DNA of 64,000 nucleotides from Pseudovirgaria hyperparasitica (Eukaryota): the NCBI GenBank assembly GCA_010093815.1, contig ML996572.1; one strand, written 5' to 3'. A model generated the notes under the pieces. It ran no database searches, was not told the DNA's origin, and saw only the letters and a program-made list of their open reading frames with translations. The position numbers and the translations under genes were made by a program. Numbering within the stretch: position 1 is the stretch's first letter; every line of letters begins with the position of its first letter. Shown in pieces: positions 54,440-64,000 of this stretch.

Positions 54440-56700
54440 AACGACTAAAACCTAATAGATAGTAGTAAAAACCTACCATTTAACGATAATAAAGATAGTT
54501 AAGGGTTTAGAATATAAGAAATTAGATTCTTCTAACCTAACTTAGATTATAGCTTCGGAGATAGAGATGTCGTTTTTACTAGTTAGAATATATATATATA
54601 TAGCGTGTATATTTTCCTTAACTAGATTAAAGACGCTACTACAGCTAGAGGAACCAAAACTATTAAGTTAAAAATCTCTTAGTATCTATAAGGATATACC
54701 CTCGAGTAGTTTATGTTAGATTTATCTAATCTTAAGAAGAAGGCGCTCCGTTACTTACCTAGTTTAGATACCTAGACTACGGCCTTAATTAAGTAGTTTA
54801 AGTAGCCGTTATCTAATACTCTATTATCCCTTATAACGCGAAGATATACTCTCTAATAGACCCGCTCCTAAACTAATATTACTTTATATATATATACTAT
54901 AGCTTACGACTATAGTACCGTATAATTATTAGGCCCTTCTAGCTAAAACGCTTAGATGTTCGCATAGAACGGCATTAATATTCTTTTTCGCTAGGGTCTA
55001 TCTCTACTAATAGAATCTACGTCTCTAGCCTAATTTATATAAACTCTATAGATAAAACGCAAAGAATAGTACTAACTCGCCTACTATTATCTCGGGGGCG
55101 TATAGTATAGTACTTTAAGTTAATTTACTTAATAAGGAAGAGAAGATAGTTAATATAATAGCTCTTATCGCTATAACTTATCTTAACTATTTAGTAACTC
55201 TTAAGACTAGGGCTAGTCTAATAGCTATTATCTTATAACTAATTAACCCGATTAATACTATAACTCGTACTAGCCCTACCCTCTATAATAGTTCTAATAA
55301 GGGTTAGAAGATTTAGATAAAGGCGGTTAAAAGGCATTAGCTAACGTACGTTAGCTACTAGCTATAACTAGCGCTTCTATAGGTTATTCTACCGGTTCTA
55401 GAACGACTAATAAGCTCTATACCGGCTAGCCTCGGTCTCTTAGTAATAATAGACGATTTACCTAACTACTATAACTATTCTACTAGGCGTATAATATTTA
55501 GGAAGAATTATATAATCTAGACGTTAAAGACGCTTACTATACAGGGGTTAAAGAAGCTTTCTTCTACCTTAGACTAACTAATATAGATACTATTAAACTT
55601 ATATAGTTTAGTAACGAAACCGGCCTCGCTAGCCTTAACCCGCTACCTAGTAATATTAATAAGAGCCTACCTTCGTAGTTTATAGCGTGCTAAGTAACTA
55701 ATATATATCTAGTATACTAGATCTAATATAACGTTTATAACGAGGTATTTCTATCGCGAAATAAGCTATTTAAGTACCTTAAGGATAGAAAGTACCTTAA
55801 GATAATAATAAAGGCTAAGGTTCCTCTATATAATCGTATAGTTCTAAGATTAGACGTCGTATATTATAATATCTAGGGTAACGTAGTACTATTATTAGTT
55901 AGTAATCTACTAGGTACCGGCTAAGTATATAAAGAATCGTACTATATCTAAGTTAAGGCCTTACTTAGTCTTAACGGCCCCGTTAAACGCATCTATCTAG
56001 ACATAGAAAGCGTGGTAACGCTAATTAACTAAGTCTTTCTTAAACAGTAGAACCCTAATACCTAAATACTTACCTAACTAGCTATTTCTATTTAAGGAGT
56101 AGAGGGAGTTAAGCCTATAAAGTTAACTAAGTTCATAGTTATTATACTATTTCTCCCGGGCCGAACGTCTAATAGTTTAACTACTATAATAGCGAAAGTA
56201 ATATACGAAGTATATATCCTTAACTATCTATAGATAGGTCTCCTTCTCGGAACTAACGTTATAGTATCTTAGAAGATAGATATCTATATAAGTATATATA
56301 TAATAACTATTGGTACATGTGGCAGGATTACTATACTAACCTTTACTACTACTATTCGACTAGTAGTATACTAGGGAGTAACCGTTTCATAGTATACCGT
56401 CCTCTAGCTATAAATACTTACGCTAGTTCTAATTATAATCTATCGCTAGCACGAGTTAGTTATAGAAGATTATATATTCACCCTAATATATATAAGTATA
56501 AGGCTTAGTTAGGGCGGAGGCGTCTATATATATCTTACTAACTAAAATATAGCGTATATATTTATTATAAACTATAGATTTAGGTCGGTATATATAAATA
56601 AAAATATAAGACTCGGTATATTAACGGACGAAATAGACGCCCTCTACGTATTTTAGACTAAAGTAGTCCCTTTAGATAGTATAGAGGGATTATCTATAAA
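54440..56700 (+). mobile_element. Truncated Ty3/Gypsy gag-protease relic, second family
   Basis: Gag-like F..EI.FF.P.LD..G.GDV near 54510 and protease-like I[C]LD[T]...VTLI near 55990. Confidence 0.55.
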
Positions 56701-57779
56701 TGTAAGAATAGGGTTATTAGATAGTAGTATAGTTAGATAGAATAATAGGGTGTATTCTATTATAGAACGAATTACTACCGAACCCTTTTAGTAGGAATCC
56801 GAGAGTATATATATAAAGGGACGCCGATCTATCTAGTACGTAACTATTTACCGCCCTTCACGTTACCTCCTAACCCTGTTAGCTAAGGTACGTGTAGGTC
56901 GGGTTCTACCTAAGACTAAGTCCTAACACGATACTTCTAGATATATAGTATAGAGATACTATTTACGAGCGTATCCTTATATAATAGATATCTATACGTT
57001 CTTATTACCTTAACTTTACTATACTTATATAAGTTCTTCGATAACTACGCCTTAAAGTTCTCTAGCGCCTTAATCTTCTTATCTACTCTCTCTATACCTA
57101 TCCGCTAGTCTATTATCTACTTAATAACCTCTATCTAGTCTATATATAGCGCCGTAGGACTAGAAGCCGTAGCTACTAGAACTAGCTTAGGCGGCGTTAC
57201 TTCTTAAGGAACTAGTAATATACTAGATAGAGATAAAGAATATTAAGGCGGAGGGTATATCTAAATAGAATAGGGTAAATAAGGCTAGATATACCTATAT
57301 AGAATAACCTCTTATTTAAATATACCGTCGCGTTAATAACGTTTTACCTTACGATTGTCTATCTACTCCTTATTATATATTCAATCCCGTCTCTCTTTAT
57401 ATCTAGCTTAAGCCTTATTATACTTAGTCTACTATTCTTTACGTTTTATATTCTATAATTACTACTTAGTAGTAAATAACTATATATCCTCTTATAACTT
57501 TATCTATTTCTCTTTATTAAGCTAACGCTTATTAGAACGCTTCGACTATACGCCGATAGACTTATAGTTATAGAATTACTCCTTTAGAAAAGACGGTAGA
57601 TTCTTAATAGAGATACTCTCCTCTACTTCTATGGTAAGTACGTTTACCTAGTAGTAGATATCTACGGTTATAATCTTATAGTACTATAATAAATCACTAG
57701 CGAGAGCCATAGAAGAATACATAGACTCTAGTACGAGTAGCGTAAGAAATAGTATAATATATAGAAGAGGTGCCTATAA

Positions 57780-59080
57780 TATAATAGGTAACCTTAGATA
57801 ATAACCTAAGGCTAAGATAGACACCTATAAGGAGAGCTAATTATAGGTACTTAGAATAGGTATTCTAAGTAGTCTACCTAGTAATTAAGAATAGAATATT
57901 AGTATTCTAAGTAATATATTAAATACTTAGAATAAGTATTCTAATTAGAGGACCTTAGTAGAACTATATAGACCCTTTAAGCCCGAACCCTAGAGATAGT
58001 TCTATAGTAATTAATTTAAACTTATACTAATATAATTACTACTTTACTCGCCTACTAGCTAGTTACTATTTATACTCTATTAATACTTACTATAAATCTA
58101 CTTATACCTCTTAAAGCCTTCTAAGTATCTTTATCTTTAGAAAAGCTAGAATACTCTATAGAACGGACTACTTTAGGGATAAGCCGTACCCCTATTAGGA
58201 AGGTTTATTATAGTTTAATTACTTATCTTAGACTCTAAAGTAAGTATTTACGCTATCTATTTAAATATAAAATAGTAAATAATAGATAATTCTTATCTTC
58301 GCAAACTACCCTACGAGTACTAACTATAGAATAAGTTAGATACCTTATTACTAAATTAGGGGAGTAAGTTACGGAGCTCTAAAGGGAAAATATTAAACTT
58401 AGAAAAGCTAAAGAGGGCTTTAAAAGAAAAATTCTAGAACCTTTTAAAGGTAAGCGAAGCGAACTCTAAGGATTCCTAATATAGATTAGAATATACCTCT
58501 AGGTCTATTAAATTTAGGACCTAGAAGAATAAGTTATATTTACTACTAGACTACTAAAGGAAGACGTACTTATATAGTTTAAGCCCTACTTAAGGGACTT
58601 TATAGAAAATAATCCATAGAATTAATAGAATAATACTACTAAGGTCTTTAAACGCTTTAAAGAATTTAAGGAATATATTAAGATAACTTTTAGAGATATA
58701 GATAAATAAAGAATAGCTAAGAGATAGATCTAGTAAATAGTCTAGATAAAATCTATATCTAACTACGCCTCTAAATTCTAATAAATCTCTAGTTAGCTAG
58801 AATAGGATAATAAACCCCTAATTCTCTAGTTCTATACTAGATTATATAATAATATTAAGGACGAAATCTCTAGAGAGAGAGACTATCCTACTAACCTCTA
58901 GAAGTATATTAAGCTTATAGTCTAGATTAATAACTAACTATATAAGAGATACTATAATAATAATAATATTAGTAAACTAGGTAGAGTACCACTCTATAGG
59001 CGCATGCCTCCTCTAGTCTAAGCTACTATATAAGAAGAAACCTACGAATAGGAAAAACTCCCTTATATCCATAACTACGC
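57780..59080 (+). mobile_element. Ty3/Gypsy 5' LTR (about 57780-58212) plus gag, third family, interrupted by the LINE
   Basis: Gag reads EPFKGKRSEL.GFL...WFKPYL...TF.DID...AE.QI...NYASKF...QFY.GL...IKDEI. LTR limits approximate. Confidence 0.7.
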
Positions 59081-59188
59081 TCTATCTATCCTCTTGTTCT
59101 TTATATATATATAGCCCTAGGGGCTACCCATGGGCCTATAGCCTATATTATAATAGTTTACCCTTAGGTAGCACGTATAGATACGGAG

Positions 59189-59221
59189 ATTATTAGTTAA
59201 GGGCTGCCCTTAACTAATAAT
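59189..59221. promoter_or_regulatory. 33-bp perfect palindrome, site 5, in the LINE 3' region (function unknown)
   Basis: Identical to sites 3 and 4. Confidence 0.6.
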
Positions 59222-62200
59222 CGCGGTTCTCCCGGGGTTCTTCCGATATATACCGGGGTTCTTCCGGCATATATCGGGCTTCTTCTAGTATATATACGCG
59301 GGTCTACTAGAACTAGAGGAGAGGAAGGTGTACGAGCATCTATCGGGCGACGTCCTTAGAGTACTTATTAAGCTATCGCGTAATATTAGAGGTCCTCGTT
59401 ATACGGACGAGGGCTTATCTTAGGGTATAGAGGCTAGAGTACGTCGCGAGGTAGTAGTATATTATACCTCTCCGGCCGTAGTCCTCGCACTAGAGAGATA
59501 TATCTAGGACACCTCTCTAGTAGAGGTAATATAGGAGATCTATAGCGCCTATTCGGGCTTAGAGGAGTATGGATACTTAGGCCTTTATTAGCCCTTTATA
59601 TATCTATTTACTCGGTTCCTTCTAAGGCTCTCGGATCCATTCTAGATACCTATCCTATTAGGAGGCCCACTGGGCTTTAAGTACCTCCCTCTATTTATCC
59701 TAGATCTATGACCGTATAACGCGGCTAAGCTCCTTAGGGCTCTATTAGCTCGGGATAGTATCCGGGTTATTTTAAACCTCCTACACGGTCTAGCTCGAGT
59801 CCGCCTCTATATAGTATTTATATTATACTCGAGTTTATTCTATAGTAGGGAGGGCCTAGTAATGCGCGCGGATACGTGTACGTAGTACGGCGAAGGTATA
59901 TACCCTATCTCCTCTACGTTCTTATGCTTATTATTTAGTAAAGTATATAAGTCTCTATATCTAGTAGAAGTTCTATATACTTATTACGTTTATCTCGCGT
60001 TAGAGGAGCGTTATATTAGTAGCTTTATATACGCTAGAGATAAGGCAGAGTATACGGTTTTATATAGACTTAAGCTTTGCCCGCTAAGCTTATGTAAGGG
60101 CCGTGTACTAGCACTCGTGTCTATATATAAAGGCTAGGCGTACTAGGGAGACGTATAGCTATCTCGCCTTATCCCGGGCTATTCCCTACGTAGATACTAT
60201 AATCCGGTATATAGCGGTTTCTATCTAGAGGGCTCTAGAGACGGCGTGTGCCACCTATGGTCCCTATTTTAGCTTATTATTAATTATGACGCCGAGTGCT
60301 CGTATACTCTATGCTAGTAGTTCTATGAAGGCGTCGATTTAGGGGCGACGTGCCCCCTCCCTAGTAGCCTATTCTCTATAGTAGTTAATAAAGTATATAA
60401 GCTAGTATTTTTTAGGTGCGAATTTTACTCTATAGTGCTTTACCTACTAGACGCATTTCTCGTAGTCTCGTTCGAGTCGTGTACATGTTCTACTAGTACT
60501 ACTATCGACCGTGAGGAGGTATATATCATCTACGTATCCGACTATCTCTATATATTCTATTCTCTAAAGGAGGTCTACTATAAAGAAGAGGAAGAGGATC
60601 GGGGAGATAGTACTCCCTTACGGGATACCGTATGCCGTCTCCTTATATTCGCTTCGGTATCCGGGGATATATATTTAAGTAGTCCTTTACGCGAGGAAGG
60701 ACTATATAAATTATATAATCCACTTAGGTATTCGCCTTATCTAGAGGTTATGGATAAGTCTTATATAGTTTACCTTATTAAACGCCCCTACTATATCTAG
60801 GGAGAGTAGTATAACGACTCGTCCTTATTTCTATATAGTCTAGATAACCTTAAGGATATATTAAATGGCTATAATTAGGGAGCTTCCTACCTTCGCCTTC
60901 TGGTTTACTAGGAGAAGGCCGTATACCTATGCTACTATACTTATCTTCTTAGTAATCGTGGCTTCTAGTATCTTACTAAGGTAGAAGAGGAGGGCGATTA
61001 GTCTCTATCCCTTCGGCGTGTTTAGGCTCTTCTCTAGTTTTAGGAGTATAACTATATATACGGTTCGGAAGCTCTATAGGTAGTATTCTATACGGGCGCA
61101 CGCTCGGAATATATGGCCTATAATTAGTAAGGTCGCCTATATGGTCCTCTTAAGGCATCGATTTAGAATTCCGTCTAGCCTAGGCGCTTTATCGTTTAGG
61201 AGTATCTTAATAGCGCCGAGTATATCGTCGTCCGTGATTTCCCTAGAGATACTTATAGCTTCCGGGTATTCCGTGCCGTTAATATCTAATAGGTCTACGG
61301 GTTCTAGGAGAGGGAATATAACCTCTTATAGGATCTCTGTTTTCTCGAGGCTCGTAGAGTATATCTTTTCTTAATATATAAGAGGGGGTATAAGTGGTAT
61401 AGGTATCGGGGAGGCGGTGCTTTTAGCCTATTTTACTATATACCATAGTCTAGTAGTATTACGTGTGTGTCTATCCGTAACTATACGCTACTATTTATAT
61501 CGCTTATTACGGAGGACCTTATCTCGTTATCTTCTCGTCTCTCTCTATTCATTCTACGCTTTAGGTGTATAGTTATAGTATACGCGTGTATATAATCTCC
61601 GGACTTCTCGCCTATACTCTTATACTTAAGGTATGCTTTTCGGGTCTAGGGGTCTATATATTCGGTACGGTACGTGTTTATCTCTTGCTCCCTAGTACGC
61701 CTATAGAAGTGTATTCATGGCCTGGTTGATGGCCGGGCCATTAGATACGTCGACTATAGACGGGTCTAGGATCGTCGATTCTAGGTCCTTTAGGTACTTT
61801 TCCTAGTTAGTGTCCTTCTATAGCTATCGCTCTTATTAGTCTTAAGGGGTAGATACGTCTATTATAGTCTCTATATATTCGTGGTCGGAGTCTATCTATA
61901 TAAGGCTTAGGCGGTAGTATTAAGTCCTATTATAAATGTATCTAGTGGCTAGGGTAAGGTTAAGTGTAGATCCGCCCTTATCTTATTTATATTTTCGCTA
62001 GGTAATCTATCCTACTAGTATAAGAAGGTATAGGAAGCCGTAGTATTAGGTATATAGTTCTCTAGCTCGAAGCTCTTCACGGGTAACGGTTAGTCTACCC
62101 TACTAGCTATAATAGAGGTTAAAGTCTTCTAGGAGGATGTGTTATCCTAGCTTAGTAGTGCCCTTAAGCATGTTATCCGCCTAAAGCAATCGGTTCTAAT

Positions 62201-63978
62201 TATATATATTATGTATATAGAGGGGTCCGATATTCGTCTAGAGGTATAGTATTATCCGGAGGTTATCCCGTTTAGTATATAACTATAATAAGAGTAGAAT
62301 AGACTTATAGATATGGAAGAGGACTCTCCTCTCCGGTCCTAGGGGGTGTATTATATAATATCCTAGGTGTATTATTGGTTTGTTCGTCTGGTAGTGTTTA
62401 TATAGCTCCTATATAGCGAGTATTATAGCTCTAGTCTCCTTAAGGAGTATCGCCTAGTTCTTACGTTTATACTATACGTTTACCTATATAATTAGGAGTA
62501 TATCTTAGTCTCTTATTAGGTGCTAGGGAATATATAGACCTATATATTTATTCCTCTAAGACGCAACTATCCTCGTGCGGCGGCGGCCTTAGTAATTCCT
62601 TAGGGCTATCCTATTATTAGCTTTCTCGGGACGGTTTACTATTCCTAACCGCTTCCTTATAAGGAGGTAGTCTATAGTAGTAGTATTATAGTAAAGAGAG
62701 GAATAGTAGTAGATCGCATTATTTATAGCTACCTTGCTCCCTTTATCCGGATTAAGTAGATATATTTAGTAACCTATTTATGTTTCGCGCACGTAGCCGA
62801 CTACGACGGGTACTTACCGTCGTAGTTAGAGTACTTCGCCGTGTCCCTATCCCTCTAGCCCTCTCCTCGTGTCCCGTAGGGGTACTTCTAGGTACTATAT
62901 TCTTATTAATACTATCTATACCTAGTCTTTTAGGAGTACCGCTATGCCGTATACCCGTATCCCTAATAGTTAAAGCACTATATTATCGCCTATGCTCTAT
63001 CCCATGGTTCCGCCATAAGAAGCTCCCCTTCCACTAGGAATCCCTCTTACGTAATTTAATGCGCGAGGGCGGGGTCCTTAAGCTCTACTATTATAGTAGA
63101 GTATACCTTCGATCTAGTTTTAATCCCTTATATATTCTTCTACCATGCTCTTATAATCTTAATCCCTAGGTATTTTCGCTTATTTAACTATTCTATCCGC
63201 GTGATATCCTCTTCTCTAATAACCTATCCGCTTACGGGTATAGAGTATACCTATATCGGGTATATGGCCGCCCTAATAGAGGCGCCTAGGAAGATACTAC
63301 TAATCGCGTTCGGATCGCGTGAGATAGTCTACTACGCGATATTCATTATCGTGGTAAGTACTACTCCTCCTAGCGTGAGTTTAGTAGTAACGACGTTTAA
63401 CTATATTCCCTTTTATTTATTAATCTTACTTACTATATCCTTTGGGGATGCTTACTAGACCTATACTAGGGTATCCTTATCCTAGATTACGACGCGTATA
63501 CTATATACCACGTCGCCGGTCCGGGGGGCCCGTAGTATAGCCTCCGGTATTACTACTATTTATACCTATATACTAGGGCGCTTACCTTAAGTAAGTTCCT
63601 CCTAGATTCTACGTAGGCTAGCCTCTATTCGGTCGAGCCTACCCTCCGGTGCTCCTAGTTATATCTTCTTCTCCTCCTCTATAATTCCCTTTAGATTCCG
63701 GATAAGGTCCTAGAATATATATAGAAGGGTCTTCTAGCCCTCTCCGGCTTCCTTCTCTATATATACTACCTAGTAGTTAATATAATCTAGGAGGGTTTCC
63801 CCTCTCGGGGTCCCCTTTATTCCGTCTATCTATAGTGGCGTGCGCCTTTAGGTATGTTCTACGTTTTAGATAGGTATATAGTTACCCTCGGTAATATCGC
63901 TATATGGCCTTTTCTATCGTACTGGTGGGGGTATATCCGGTATATACCGGGGTATATCGGTGCCTAAGGCCGCCATAT

Positions 63979-64000
63979 TTATTAGTTAAGGGCTACCCTT
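63979..64000. promoter_or_regulatory. Palindrome site 6, cut by the window end, abutting the LINE ORF1 ATG
   Basis: TTATTAGTTAAGGGCTACCCTT. Confidence 0.55.

Larger units (their letters stand above)
11950..64000. other. RIP-mutated AT-rich transposon compartment
   Basis: Abrupt depletion of CpA/TpG and excess of TpA with CpG largely kept. The two Gypsy copies differ almost only by C>T and G>A transitions. Confidence 0.95.
59080..64000 (-). mobile_element. Tad1-like LINE, running off the window
   Basis: ORF1 from ATG 63976 with a CCHC knuckle (about 62940-62980). ORF2 about 62500-59290 with APE motifs (AI[Q]E[P], [G]DFN, SDH), RT motifs (LDI.GAF[D], GIP[Q]GS.ISPILF, YVDD about 60530) and a C-terminal CCHC. 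Confidence 0.92.

Noticed and set aside
16986..64000. Palindrome as a loxP/FRT-type site or CRISPR repeat
   Set aside because: The centre is 1 bp rather than a 6-8 bp spacer, no recombinase or cas gene was seen, and copies are kilobases apart.
12000..64000. Short Ile/Tyr/Leu-rich ORFs in the track as small membrane or effector proteins
   Set aside because: They are RIP-biased fragments or antisense shadows of transposon genes.

Overview
This is filamentous-ascomycete (Pezizomycotina-type) DNA in two compartments. Bases 1 to about 11.9 kb are gene-rich, with four + strand genes: a SAM methyltransferase, a protein with a HeLo/STAND-N-like head, a PHO84-type phosphate permease and an S1/P1 nuclease. 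From about 12 kb to 64 kb the DNA is AT-rich nested transposon sequence degraded by RIP (CpA/TpG to TpA), so the ORF track is mostly uninformative there. I translated that region by eye, reading RIP-type stops as Q/W, so all relic proteins are manual reconstructions. It contains: (1) two full-length ~11.3-11.4 kb Ylt1-like Ty3/Gypsy elements, each with an extra ~975-codon ORF after pol whose two-copy consensus has an NLS-like start and a complete HxD...H...R 2OG-Fe(II) dioxygenase (PhyH-like) motif set; (2) a block of more than 17 kb with a Plavaka transposase, a DUF6532-like gene, a Upf1-like SF1 helicase and several unknown ORFs, possibly one giant cargo transposon; (3) further Gypsy fragments and a Tad1-like LINE. 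A 33-bp palindrome occurs six times, twice in each Gypsy copy and at both ends of the unrelated LINE's coding region. There is an assembly gap at 54052-54316.
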